This document shows, one piece after another, positions 1 to 10,062 of a stretch of 53,694 nt of DNA. Position numbers and translations under genes: made by a program. The notes below the pieces were generated by a model that was not told where the DNA came from, made no database searches, and saw only the letters and a program-made list of their open reading frames with translations. How positions within the stretch are numbered: position 1 is the stretch's first letter; each line of letters starts with the position of its first letter. Source of the stretch: a virus (lineage: Duplodnaviria > Caudoviricetes); the IMG/VR virus record IMGVR_UViG_3300026382_000022, positions 1 through 53,694 of that record; one strand, 5' to 3'.

Positions 1-1
1 C

Positions 2-310
2 GCTACTATAGCTAAAACATCCTGGGTAGGTACTAGATACACTCCTTTAATTAAAAAACATGTATCTAATAAGACTAATGACTTCACATTACATGCTGAA
101 CAAAACATCATAACATATTGTGCTAAAGAAGGTATTCCTACTAGGGATACAACTATGTACATAACAACTTCACCATGTAAAAACTGTGCTAAACTAATAG
201 CACAATCTGGAATTAAGCATATTTTATATAAAGAAAAATATAAAGATACTTCCGGTATAGATTTTCTAAAAGAAGTAGGTGTGGAAGTAAACCAATTAAC
301 TATAGACTAG
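2..310 (+). CDS. dCMP deaminase, C-terminal part (5' truncated by window edge)
   Basis: Manual translation of frame 2: ...FTLHAEQNIITYCAKEGIPTRDTTMYITTSPCKNCAKLIAQSGIK...; HAE and PCxxC zinc-deaminase motifs; TAG at 308-310. Not in the ORF track. Confidence 0.9.
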   Translation, partial: ATIAKTSWVGTRYTPLIKKHVSNKTNDFTLHAEQNIITYCAKEGIPTRDTTMYITTSPCKNCAKLIAQSGIKHILYKEKYKDTSGIDFLKEVGVEVNQLTID

Positions 311-334
311 TAGCTAATATGCTACTAGTCTATA
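301..334. terminator. Inverted repeat, probable bidirectional terminator
   Basis: TATAGACTAGTAGC-taatat-GCTACTAGTCTATA, perfect 14-bp stem between convergent genes. Confidence 0.7.
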
Positions 335-343
335 TAATATATT

Positions 344-1315
344 TTAATTTATTTCATTTGTACCATCATCTTGATCTTGATCAGCGCCATTATCGTCTAC
401 ATCATCATTATCATCTTGTGCATACTGTGTACTTTTAGTACTTATTTCTTTATATACTTTATCACTAACAGTACCATCTTCATATGTAGCTGTTATTTTA
501 AAATAATATTTTTCATATTCTCTTAAATCTCTAGCTGGTATGATAATAGTTCTTGGTTTACCTATTACATTAGTATAAGTTTTAAAATGTTTTAATCCTG
601 CTTCACTAACGCTATATACATCCCATTTAGTACTAACTATATCACAATTATAAGCTATAGTGAATTCATTATCAACACTTACATCTAAATCATAAATAGG
701 TCCATAAATCTCTAATTCATCTTTCTTAACATTTATAACTCTAGTAACCATTTGTGAAACATCACCACTACTAGAATGTAACATAGCTTTTATTTTATAA
801 ACACCGCCGTCTTTTAAAACTACTTCATCTATCAATATACCATCTTTATATATTTCAGAATTTAAAGTACTCCAAAGATGATTATCATATAGATCTGTTA
901 TAAAATAACTAGTAGCTACATGACTACCTGTTCCTGTTGTAGAGAATCCAGTAACACTAATATTGAATAATGTAGGTATATGATTTTTAACATCACTATC
1001 AGTAGTTATAACGGGTGGTGTTATAACACCTGGCATATCTAAGTTATCGTCAGTAGTGTATACATCATCAACTATAAATACATCTAAGTTACCCCAGATA
1101 GTCCAACCTGTGCTAAGTAGACTTCTTGCTCTAGCGTAATATTTATCATCAGGATCTAATATTTCATTAAAAATTATAGAAGTTAAATTAACTTCATCAT
1201 TCATAGATTGTAATATTACATTAGAAAATAAAGGATCTGTAGCTATTTGCCAATCAGTAGCATTATGTGTAACTCCTACTGGTAAGTCTAAATCTGTTAT
1301 TCTTATTACTACCAT
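344..1315 (-). CDS. Putative virion structural protein (two FN3/Ig-like repeats, acidic tail)
   Basis: Repeated HxATxW/Y motif (HNATDWQIA, HVATSYFIT) each followed by Y..rA/kA strands; beta-rich; structural operon context. Confidence 0.55.
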   Translation of the reverse strand: MVVIRITDLDLPVGVTHNATDWQIATDPLFSNVILQSMNDEVNLTSIIFNEILDPDDKYYARARSLLSTGWTIWGNLDVFIVDDVYTTDDNLDMPGVITPPVITTDSDVKNHIPTLFNISVTGFSTTGTGSHVATSYFITDLYDNHLWSTLNSEIYKDGILIDEVVLKDGGVYKIKAMLHSSSGDVSQMVTRVINVKKDELEIYGPIYDLDVSVDNEFTIAYNCDIVSTKWDVYSVSEAGLKHFKTYTNVIGKPRTIIIPARDLREYEKYYFKITATYEDGTVSDKVYKEISTKSTQYAQDDNDDVDDNGADQDQDDGTNEIN

Positions 1316-1324
1316 TATTTACTC

Positions 1325-1690
1325 CTAAGGCAATCTAGCATTTATTATTTTAAGCATTTTTAACATAGCATCATGTGTTGGTTTATCTGTTATATCTGAA
1401 AGATCTATTTCTTTATCAACATAACCACCCATTACAAATTTACCATAATAAGTATTATTATGCTCATCTTTCATTTCATATAGTAAATTATTATAATCAT
1501 CTATTCTAGACATATCTAAATTTAAAGTAGACCATAAATATATACCAGGAATAACTTTACTCTCTTTACACTTATATACTTGTAAAGGTATTTCTAAATC
1601 ATGATCAATATCTAGTATTTTAATAGTTACATTAGAACCTGGTTTGAACTGTCCAACTAATACAGCTGCTTCTTTATCAGAATATCTCAT
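1325..1690 (-). CDS. Hypothetical virion-associated protein
   Basis: 121-aa ORF in co-oriented operon; PGIY motif and short C-terminal helix shared with neighbours. Confidence 0.5.
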   Translation of the reverse strand: MRYSDKEAAVLVGQFKPGSNVTIKILDIDHDLEIPLQVYKCKESKVIPGIYLWSTLNLDMSRIDDYNNLLYEMKDEHNNTYYGKFVMGGYVDKEIDLSDITDKPTHDAMLKMLKIINARLP

Positions 1691-1693
1691 AAT

Positions 1694-2317
1694 TTACTCC
1701 CACTCTATATATCTAATAGAACTGTTATTATCATTAACCACGGTATCACCAACAGCTAAAACAAATTCTTTACTAGCATAAGCTGTTAACATACTTCCAA
1801 AAACAACATATCCAGTTATCATATATTCCCCAGAATGTGGGAAATTTAAAGTAAGAGTTTGTTTGTCTATCATAACTGATGATATCTCTTTATATTTACC
1901 TTCATATTTATAATATAATTTATATAATATATTTCTATATAAGTTAGTTATAAAATTTACAGTTACTTTAGATAAATTATTTTCATCTTTAATCACATTA
2001 ATAGCTACATTATAATTCCAATTTTTTATAAGATCAGCATTAAGTCTAGTAGTTGTAGTTAATACATTAATAATAAAATAAAGTCTAGTAAAGAAAACCT
2101 CTTCTCTAGTATTAGTATATTCAAATTCTAATGAAACTACATCACCATTATTAAATTCAGTTTCTGCAAAATTAGCTAAATTTAAACTATAAAATCCATC
2201 TATTGATTTCATAACAGTACTAACATAACCAGTAGTTAAATTTCTTAATGTATAATTAGCCGTTACTTTAGACTGATTAACTAATACATTACCATAAACA
2301 GTATACTGTGTAAGCAT
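1694..2317 (-). CDS. Hypothetical beta-rich (Ig-like) structural protein
   Basis: 207-aa ORF with GGAG RBS; beta-strand pattern, 'FPHSGEYMIT' Ig/PKD-like end. Confidence 0.5.
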   Translation of the reverse strand: MLTQYTVYGNVLVNQSKVTANYTLRNLTTGYVSTVMKSIDGFYSLNLANFAETEFNNGDVVSLEFEYTNTREEVFFTRLYFIINVLTTTTRLNADLIKNWNYNVAINVIKDENNLSKVTVNFITNLYRNILYKLYYKYEGKYKEISSVMIDKQTLTLNFPHSGEYMITGYVVFGSMLTAYASKEFVLAVGDTVVNDNNSSIRYIEWE

Positions 2318-2370
2318 AGTTTCTCCATATATATTTAAAAATAGTCCAGAACTATGCTATAAGCACAGTC

Positions 2371-3216
2371 CTAAACATTAGATTCCCATTCATAATTGAT
2401 AACTTCGTCATCAGGATAGTTAGAACCACTTAAATCAAAAGGTTTTGTTTTTACCCAGAAACCAGTAATTTCATAACTACCATTATCATTATACATTAAT
2501 TTAAAGTTATATTTAGAACCAGTAGGTGTTACTCCTGGTATGAAGTCTAACATCTCACCTTTTTGAGCATTACCTATAGATGGGTATGCTGAAAATACTC
2601 TAAATAGATCAGAACCTTCTAAACCATATTTACTTTCAACAGCAGATACAAAATCAGAAATTTTATAGCCGTCGATAGGTAATGATAGTAACATCCAACG
2701 ATCTGGTTCTAATCTAACTTTACCAGACATTTTAGTAGCTGATACATCTAATACATAGTTACTGTGTACTGCTTGTGGTGCGATACCCTCTACATCAAAA
2801 ATATATTCACCAGTATTAGCTAACTTATGTGCATAAAAACCATAACCAATTTCAGTTAATGTTGAATCAACAACTGTTGTTCCTTCAAAATCATATAATT
2901 TAAATGGTAAAGATAAGCCAGTATCTACTGCATATACAAATAATCTTGTTGTAGGTGAACCAACTCTAAAAAATTGTGGTAATCCATTAAGTTTAACTAC
3001 TAAATAACAATCTTCATTAGGTGCTGTAAGTGTATATTGTTCGAACGCACCATCAGCAATACTAGTTATAGTAGGATCACTTTCAGTAATGTCATAAATA
3101 ACTGCATCACCGTTATCATCTTCAGTTATTCTATATACAAATAATTCTTCACCAGTTGTATTACTAGTTACCTTTATATTAGATTGACCTTTCTCAACCA
3201 TTTCATATTTTAACAT
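2371..3216 (-). CDS. Hypothetical structural protein (start corrected to MLKYEM)
   Basis: AAAGGA RBS upstream of ATG at 3216; the track's extension to 3504 overlaps the upstream gene out of frame. Confidence 0.6.
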   Translation of the reverse strand: MLKYEMVEKGQSNIKVTSNTTGEELFVYRITEDDNGDAVIYDITESDPTITSIADGAFEQYTLTAPNEDCYLVVKLNGLPQFFRVGSPTTRLFVYAVDTGLSLPFKLYDFEGTTVVDSTLTEIGYGFYAHKLANTGEYIFDVEGIAPQAVHSNYVLDVSATKMSGKVRLEPDRWMLLSLPIDGYKISDFVSAVESKYGLEGSDLFRVFSAYPSIGNAQKGEMLDFIPGVTPTGSKYNFKLMYNDNGSYEITGFWVKTKPFDLSGSNYPDDEVINYEWESNV

Positions 3217-3286
3217 AAGTGTTCCTTTATATTTTGAAATATTCGTACAGCCCGAAGGCTGCACTGATAAAACAAAATCTATATCA

Positions 3287-4807
3287 CTATGCGAAGATAG
3301 AGAATTTAGATTCGTTTTTAAGAGATGCGATACTACCAAGTACCTCATCAAATCTACCATCAATATGTGTTGTTTGGTCATTAATAGCAGTAGCGAGTTG
3401 ATCAAGAGCAGTATCGATATCATCGATTCTAACTTCAATAGCACCACCATCTGCGAATAATCCAGCAACATTATCAAGAGCATTTTTAATAGCAGATAAA
3501 CCAAAACCAGAATCTTCTAGAGTTGTTTTATTAGCATCTACTACAGTTTTAACTGCATTGATTTTAGAAATTAATGAGTTTTCATCATCAGTATCTGTAA
3601 GTGCATCAATTTTAGATTCAATAGAAATACGTGCATTATCTACAGCAGTTCTAATTGCAGAGAAACCATAAGCAGCATCTTCAGCAAGTGTTCTGATTTC
3701 AGAAACATCATCTTTAGCAACAGCTAAATCATCAAAGATTTGAATTAAACCTTTACCAGCAGTAGGGTTATCAGTTGTACCATCAGCAAGTTTATCGTCA
3801 CCTTTAAGCATTGCTTCAATGTCAGCATTAATAGTTTTAAGTGCTTCTAGTGATGAACCACCTTCAGTAAGTGCTTCATTAATTTTCTTAACGAAATCAA
3901 TTACATTATTAACAATATCATTTACAATACTCTGGATAGTACCAGTAGTAGAGTTTGTTCCATCATTAAGAGTTTCACCAGTAACAAATGTACCGTCAAC
4001 ATTATTAACAGCGATAGTTGTAGTATCTGCATCAGAATCATAAGATGAAGAAGTTACTACACCAGTAGCACCAGAAGTATCACCAGTAACAGTAGCGTCT
4101 ACTACAAGAATACCTGTTTCATCACCATTAAGAGTAAGAACAACATCTTGTGCGTCATCTAAAAGTTCTTTAATATTTGTTACAGTGCTATCAACAGTTT
4201 CAATCTTACCAGCAAGAGAGTTAAGAGAATCTTCATCTAAAACATCTACTTGAGTTTTAATAGAAGATACTTCACTAGCAACAGAATCTAATAGTTGCTT
4301 AACATCATCAGTAGTAGCTGCTTCAATAGTTAGTGGGTAAGAAGTATGTCCCATATTCAATTCATAGTTAGAAACGAATACCACATAATCACCAACATTA
4401 TTAATAGTAACAGATGCTTTGTATGTACCTGTGTTACCACGTTTATCAACAGTATCACCAGATGCAGCAGCGCCTTCAAGACCATGATCAAGTGAGAATG
4501 TATTAGCGCCAGTATCGATCGCCATAATAACATAAAAAACACCATTAAGTAAAATAGTGTTACCTAGTTCAAATCCTGATGCATCATCAACAGAAATAGT
4601 TCTATCATCTTTAGATGCAGCTGCTGAAAGTGTTGTACTAGCAGCAGTAATTGTTTCGATTACCTCTGTAAATGAACTAGTAGCTACCTCAGAACCATCT
4701 GCGTTAGAAATAATTTTACCAGAAAACCCTGATGGTTTACCAAGTATATCTTTTGCGGTATCTACGAATATTTCAAATTCAACACCAGCTTTTTTAATAG
4801 AAGCCAT
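3287..4807 (-). CDS. Putative fibre/appendage protein: Ig-like domain plus long coiled coil
   Basis: Acidic, Ala/Gly/Thr-rich with heptad patterns; paralogous to 7126..8391 and 4840..5415. Confidence 0.6.
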   Translation of the reverse strand: MASIKKAGVEFEIFVDTAKDILGKPSGFSGKIISNADGSEVATSSFTEVIETITAASTTLSAAASKDDRTISVDDASGFELGNTILLNGVFYVIMAIDTGANTFSLDHGLEGAAASGDTVDKRGNTGTYKASVTINNVGDYVVFVSNYELNMGHTSYPLTIEAATTDDVKQLLDSVASEVSSIKTQVDVLDEDSLNSLAGKIETVDSTVTNIKELLDDAQDVVLTLNGDETGILVVDATVTGDTSGATGVVTSSSYDSDADTTTIAVNNVDGTFVTGETLNDGTNSTTGTIQSIVNDIVNNVIDFVKKINEALTEGGSSLEALKTINADIEAMLKGDDKLADGTTDNPTAGKGLIQIFDDLAVAKDDVSEIRTLAEDAAYGFSAIRTAVDNARISIESKIDALTDTDDENSLISKINAVKTVVDANKTTLEDSGFGLSAIKNALDNVAGLFADGGAIEVRIDDIDTALDQLATAINDQTTHIDGRFDEVLGSIASLKNESKFSIFA

Positions 4808-4839
4808 ATAAAATCCTTATTTTTGTTTATTTTTAAGTT

Positions 4840-5415
4840 TTAGATTACTATTCTAAAACTTGTTGTGTTATTGATATCTTCTACAACATTATCGACATCG
4901 TCCATAAGTTGATCGAATCTATCATCAACTAAATACGTTTTAACATCTACTGATTCAGTATATTGTAAACCATATTTACTATCTTTAGCTTGTACTAAAA
5001 AGAAACCTAGTTTAGTAACATATAATTCAACATAAAATACACTTAAATTACCAACTCTGTCTACAGATACACCAGCTGCAACTGCGTTAACTAATCCTCT
5101 GTTTAAAGTTAATATATTTTCATCAGTATCTATATTAACTATTCTATAGATATTATTATCTATACTAACTCTATCAGCTTTATTAAAGACTGATGCATCA
5201 GCTACTTTAACATTAACGGCATCTTTAGGTTGATCACCATCAGTAGTTGTGCTAGCATCATCAATTGGTTCAATACCCTCAGTCATTGTTGCGCTATCTA
5301 TAATTTTTGTATTAGTAGCCATATCAAAGATACTGACTTTAAAGTCAGCACCATATGCATCTTTCGCACTAAAAGCAATCATGTTACTTGTGTTAATTTT
5401 CATTACATTAGACAT
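4840..5415 (-). CDS. Structural protein paralogous to N-terminus of 3287..4807
   Basis: ASTT...V.DAS.F...I..IDT..N...L..GL..A.A.G..VD..GN shared with the 506-aa protein. Confidence 0.6.
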   Translation of the reverse strand: MSNVMKINTSNMIAFSAKDAYGADFKVSIFDMATNTKIIDSATMTEGIEPIDDASTTTDGDQPKDAVNVKVADASVFNKADRVSIDNNIYRIVNIDTDENILTLNRGLVNAVAAGVSVDRVGNLSVFYVELYVTKLGFFLVQAKDSKYGLQYTESVDVKTYLVDDRFDQLMDDVDNVVEDINNTTSFRIVI

Positions 5416-5435
5416 TTATTAATCTCCTATTTTTT

Positions 5436-6791
5436 CTATTTACAATTTGGTCTAAACATGAAGAACATGTCATTACCAATACTAATATCTGAACATGTAC
5501 CATCACCACTACATGTTATATCAAACTCTTTCTCAAAACTAGCTGACTCACCATAATCATCTGTTGCAGTAAGAACCATTCTATAATGACCTTCTGAATC
5601 AAAATCTATAGTTTGTTCATCGCCATCTACGTCTAGTATAGTTTTAGCTAATGTAAATTCACCATCACTAAACGGTACTAATACATAAAGTTCCCATCTA
5701 TATTTTTCTATAGTACCATCAATATCACTACAGTTTGGAATAAATTTAATAGTTTTATCAGAAATTACACTTAATGAAAAGTTAACTAATGGTAACCAGT
5801 TAGTTATATGTAATTCTTTACTATAAGTAAATTGTTGGTCATCAAAACCATCATTCCAAGAAATAACCTGTGTACCATAGTGTAGTTGTAGTACTTCAAT
5901 AGTTTTATCATAACTATAATCTAAAGTAGTATTAGTATCAACAGTATCATCTGAAATAAGACTATTGTCGTCTCTATCTCTAACAATCCAATGATGTTCT
6001 ATATTAGTTATTCTATTATCCTCATCTGTAATACCAGCAGTGATAGTATCAGTTTCAGTAGTATGTATTAATGTAGTAACGCCATCAGGATCAAATGTAA
6101 TATCACCAATTGGTACATTATATTTAATTCTAATATTTTTACTATTAGTATCATCAAGATTCCAAGCATTAGTTACATGTATCGTTGGTGAATAATCACC
6201 TATAGCAGTATATTGGTGTACATTATTACTTTCATAACCATCTACATTATCATTATCATCATTCCAATCATATTCTGTAGTTAAATTACCTACTGAATCG
6301 AATATTGTAACACCATAATATGTTTTTCTATGGAAGAAACTATGATCGTTATAATCCCAAGTCATCCAGTCATAAGAATCATTATCAGCAGTTATATCTC
6401 TATTGATAGTTCCTTCTGAAGGTATATTCCATTTTATAGTTGGTTTAACTTTAGGTTGCAATTGTACATCTATAGTGTAAGTAGATTCACTACCGTCATA
6501 AGTAATAGCATGAACAGCAAATCTATCAAAAATACCGTCTCTACTTTCTGATGTAGCACCACCACTACCATCACCTTGCCAGAATGTTAAAATTATAACA
6601 TCACCAGCATTTAATGTACCATCTTGTGTTAATGAATCATTGTCACCAGCATTAGCGCTGTAATATTCACTATCAGTATCACGTACATCATTCCAAACAT
6701 TTTGGGTAACATAATGTACTTGGTATTTACAATTTATAGCATTACCGTTTTCATCATATACGTTACCGTTAAAACCTACATTCAAGCCCAT
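5436..6791 (-). CDS. PKD/Ig-like domain virion protein
   Basis: PKD signatures: HQYTAIGDYSPTIHVTN and SDIDGTIEKYRW...FDSEGHYRMVLTATDDYG. Confidence 0.7.
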   Translation of the reverse strand: MGLNVGFNGNVYDENGNAINCKYQVHYVTQNVWNDVRDTDSEYYSANAGDNDSLTQDGTLNAGDVIILTFWQGDGSGGATSESRDGIFDRFAVHAITYDGSESTYTIDVQLQPKVKPTIKWNIPSEGTINRDITADNDSYDWMTWDYNDHSFFHRKTYYGVTIFDSVGNLTTEYDWNDDNDNVDGYESNNVHQYTAIGDYSPTIHVTNAWNLDDTNSKNIRIKYNVPIGDITFDPDGVTTLIHTTETDTITAGITDEDNRITNIEHHWIVRDRDDNSLISDDTVDTNTTLDYSYDKTIEVLQLHYGTQVISWNDGFDDQQFTYSKELHITNWLPLVNFSLSVISDKTIKFIPNCSDIDGTIEKYRWELYVLVPFSDGEFTLAKTILDVDGDEQTIDFDSEGHYRMVLTATDDYGESASFEKEFDITCSGDGTCSDISIGNDMFFMFRPNCK

Positions 6792-6800
6792 TTTAATTCC

Positions 6801-7115
6801 TTACGTAAAAATTCTTTTACTGTTAATTTGTTCTAATTTATTAAAATCTTTTTCAGATAAATCATTTTCAACAACTTGTACTCTATCCATAAGATACCTA
6901 TTAGTGTTTTTATTAACAACTCTTATTAGATATATATCAACAGCTACAAAAGTATGTGTGACGGTATAAACACCATCACCTATATCCAAAGGTTCAGACA
7001 TAGTATGCCATTCACCATTAGCAGTCATTGATTTATATTCCACTACTAAATCAGGATTTTCTTCAGCCCATAATATATTTATTATATTTTGCTTATCTTT
7101 ATACCATTTATTCAT
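6801..7115 (-). CDS. Small Ig-like (YtkA-like) structural protein
   Basis: Likely start MNKWYK (ATG 7115); GDGVYTVTHTF...Y motif like paralogs. Confidence 0.5.
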   Translation of the reverse strand: MNKWYKDKQNIINILWAEENPDLVVEYKSMTANGEWHTMSEPLDIGDGVYTVTHTFVAVDIYLIRVVNKNTNRYLMDRVQVVENDLSEKDFNKLEQINSKRIFT

Positions 7116-7125
7116 TATTAGACCC

Positions 7126-8391
7126 TTATACGAAGAGTCTAGATCCTGTAGCAACAGCTAAACCATCTATTTTATTATCAATGATATCTAGTTTATCCAT
7201 GATTGTTGTTTTTATAGCATCCAGACCACTAGTGGTATCATTAAGAATACCTATAACATCGTCGTTATTAATATTATCTACAGTAGTTTTTAACTCAATA
7301 AGTTTATCAGTTATAGTTGATAACCCAATATCAGCATCTTCTAATATATTTTTATTAGCAGACACTAATACATTAACAGAATTGATACTATCTAAAATAG
7401 TAGACTTAGCAGTATCAATATTAGTATTGACATTTTCCATAGCATCATCTATACTATTAGATAAATTACCTAACCTAATAATTAGATCATTATACTTATC
7501 AGATATATTATTATTAGTAACAGCAACCATATCAAAAATTTCTTTAAGACCATGACTATCTAAAGCACTAACAGCATTGCCTTCAGAATCTGTATACTCT
7601 TTACCTTCTAACATTAATCTCATATTGTCAATAGCACTATTTAAAATAGTAGTACTAGTCCCGCTATCTGAAATACCAGCATTAATCTCATTAATAAACT
7701 CCATTACAGAATCTATAGGACTCAATACTATTGAATCTATCGTACCAGTAGTAACAGTACCATCAGGCATTGTTAATGTTTCGCCAGTAATATATTTACC
7801 AATAACACCATCTACTATTACTTTAGTTAAATCAGTATTAGCGTCATAATTTGACTCAGTAATTTTACCTTTAGCACCACTATCAGTACCTGTTATTTCA
7901 ATACCAGCAGTTAATGCTGCAGTCTCATCACCAGTTACATAGATGATAGCTGTATTATTTATAATTAGTGTTTTAAGATTATCAACAGTTACATTAATAC
8001 CATTTATAGATTCTTGTAAATTAGCTAACGCGTCATTATCTAATGTATCTAATTGTGACTTAACAATATTGATATCTGTTTGTAAATTACTAATACCAGC
8101 ACTGATATCGTCTAAACTAGCATTTACTACTATTAAATTACCTACTAAAGTTTCTACTAATGGGTGAGTAGATTCTACAATAAAAATATAATCACCAACT
8201 GTATCGAATGTTACTGGTGCAGTATATACACCAGGATCTTCTTCTGTAAATGTTGTATCATATTCCTGAAATGTTATATCAGTACCTCTTAGTTTATATT
8301 TAATAGATAAGGTATCTTCTATACCTGACAAATTATGTTTAACCATTATACCAGGGTAAAATGGAACACCTGCTTTTCTTATAGTTGACAT
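7126..8391 (-). CDS. Putative fibre/appendage protein: Ig-like domain plus coiled coil, paralog of 3287..4807
   Basis: MSTIRKAGVPF vs MASIKKAGVEF; shared GDET...TG..SGA.G....Y......T....V.G...TGETL..GT..TTGTI.SIV insert. Confidence 0.6.
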   Translation of the reverse strand: MSTIRKAGVPFYPGIMVKHNLSGIEDTLSIKYKLRGTDITFQEYDTTFTEEDPGVYTAPVTFDTVGDYIFIVESTHPLVETLVGNLIVVNASLDDISAGISNLQTDINIVKSQLDTLDNDALANLQESINGINVTVDNLKTLIINNTAIIYVTGDETAALTAGIEITGTDSGAKGKITESNYDANTDLTKVIVDGVIGKYITGETLTMPDGTVTTGTIDSIVLSPIDSVMEFINEINAGISDSGTSTTILNSAIDNMRLMLEGKEYTDSEGNAVSALDSHGLKEIFDMVAVTNNNISDKYNDLIIRLGNLSNSIDDAMENVNTNIDTAKSTILDSINSVNVLVSANKNILEDADIGLSTITDKLIELKTTVDNINNDDVIGILNDTTSGLDAIKTTIMDKLDIIDNKIDGLAVATGSRLFV

Positions 8392-8411
8392 ATAGTTCTC
8401 CTGTTATTATA

Positions 8412-9692
8412 TTAAAGTATTAATCTGGTATTACCAGTATTACTTTCTATTATTGTTTGGTTTTCTTCTACTTCTTCACCTAATGTTATTAATACACTAG
8501 ATATATCCCTATTACCACTAACTACTTCATTTTTAATTTCATTTAGTTCATCAATAATTATATCTTTATTTTCAGTCATCATAGATCTTATTTTTTCATA
8601 GTCTATAACTGGACTAGGTTCTACTGTATTTTGTAGTATAATAGGAAATTTTTCTAAATTTCTATCTATATACAAAGTGAACTCTAATGATTTATTACCT
8701 TTAGTAATAGTAATATTATGTGGTGTTTTAATACCAGCATCACCATTAGCTTTATCTATATAGTAAGGCACCCATAAATCTATTTCACCATTACTATCAC
8801 TTAATTCATTAAAAACAATATCACCATTTTTATCTTTTATAAGAATATTAGCATGAGATATAATGCCACTATCATTATTTGTAACCACAGCATTAAATCT
8901 ATATGAATGTATTAGATCTACATTATCAGATTGTCTAAGTAATTTATAACCATCTAATAATTCAGAACCTCTAAACTCTATAGTGTTATGGCCTGGTGAA
9001 TCTAATACATTAGCTAAATGTTCATAACCACCGAATCTACCATAGTAAATAGTTAAATCACCTGTTAACTTAGGGTAATAATAAAAAGCACATCTTCTAT
9101 TATAAATTTCTAAAGTTTCTAAACAATTAATATTATTCATTTCTTTAATTTGCCCAGCTGGTATAATGATACCATATGTACCATTTGAATATCTAAAATT
9201 TATATTTTTTAATATAGAATCCATACCAGAAATTCTACCAAATCCTCTAATACTACAATCTATAATTTCTACTAAATTAGTACCTTCGAAAAATCCCCAA
9301 AAACACCAAATATCTATATGCGAATCATAAAGTAATAAATCACCACTATTATCTTTAGTCTTATGACCAAATCCATAAGTGTTATCAGGTTCAGTCATAC
9401 GTAATCTACAACCACCATAAGTTGAGCCATCTAATCGTTTTTTACCTAATTGTAATTTAGAATTTTTTTCTATCTGAAATACTTTACCAGTATGTTCAAT
9501 TATAACGTCAGAATCAACTATAGCGCCATTATTTATAATATATATGTCTAATGTTATTTTATAAAAATTATCTCTTTTAAATACTTGTCTAGCTTTACCA
9601 GAGCGTCTAGCTTTATCATAAATATCTTTAAAAGATACCACTGTGTCACTTATAGTTATTTTATTACTAGTGATACTTATACCCATAGACAC
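8412..9692 (-). CDS. Putative virion protein (beta-helix-like N-part, Ig-like domain, C-terminal coiled coil)
   Basis: Alternating Ile/Gly/Asn strands; 'ANILIKDKNG...SDSNGEI' carboxypeptidase-regulatory-like motif; GGAG RBS. Confidence 0.5.
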   Translation of the reverse strand: MSMGISITSNKITISDTVVSFKDIYDKARRSGKARQVFKRDNFYKITLDIYIINNGAIVDSDVIIEHTGKVFQIEKNSKLQLGKKRLDGSTYGGCRLRMTEPDNTYGFGHKTKDNSGDLLLYDSHIDIWCFWGFFEGTNLVEIIDCSIRGFGRISGMDSILKNINFRYSNGTYGIIIPAGQIKEMNNINCLETLEIYNRRCAFYYYPKLTGDLTIYYGRFGGYEHLANVLDSPGHNTIEFRGSELLDGYKLLRQSDNVDLIHSYRFNAVVTNNDSGIISHANILIKDKNGDIVFNELSDSNGEIDLWVPYYIDKANGDAGIKTPHNITITKGNKSLEFTLYIDRNLEKFPIILQNTVEPSPVIDYEKIRSMMTENKDIIIDELNEIKNEVVSGNRDISSVLITLGEEVEENQTIIESNTGNTRLIL

Positions 9693-9741
9693 TCCTTATA
9701 TATTAAAAATAAAAATTTCGATATTCAAGAAATACTAACGC

Positions 9742-10062
9742 TTACTCTTTTTGAGTAGCGTTAGTATCTTTTTTTAAAGCATCAATTATATTTTCTAACT
9801 TACTACAATATTCTTCTTTATTAATTATAGTAATAGTTAAATCAACAGCTTCATTTCTAGTAATCCCATAATAAATCTTATTATCAAAAGATATTTTTTT
9901 AAATTTAACTTTTGTAATAGATTTAGGTTTAATTGGTATTTCTGGAAGTTCTCGCTGTACATAAACTACTTTAGTAGGACCTGGTACTTTAACATACTGA
10001 ACTTTTTCAAAACAACCAGTTAAGAAAATAGTTATAGTAAATAATAATAAATATTTTAACAT
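9742..10062 (-). CDS. Outer-membrane spanin (Rz1-like lipoprotein)
   Basis: Signal peptide with lipobox FLTGC; Pro-rich linker; directly downstream of the i-spanin candidate. Confidence 0.7.
   Translation of the reverse strand: MLKYLLLFTITIFLTGCFEKVQYVKVPGPTKVVYVQRELPEIPIKPKSITKVKFKKISFDNKIYYGITRNEAVDLTITIINKEEYCSKLENIIDALKKDTNATQKE

Noticed and set aside
3217-3504. N-terminal 96-aa extension of ORF 2371..3504
   Set aside because: Out-of-frame overlap with 3287..4807; a clear RBS and ATG exist at 3216.
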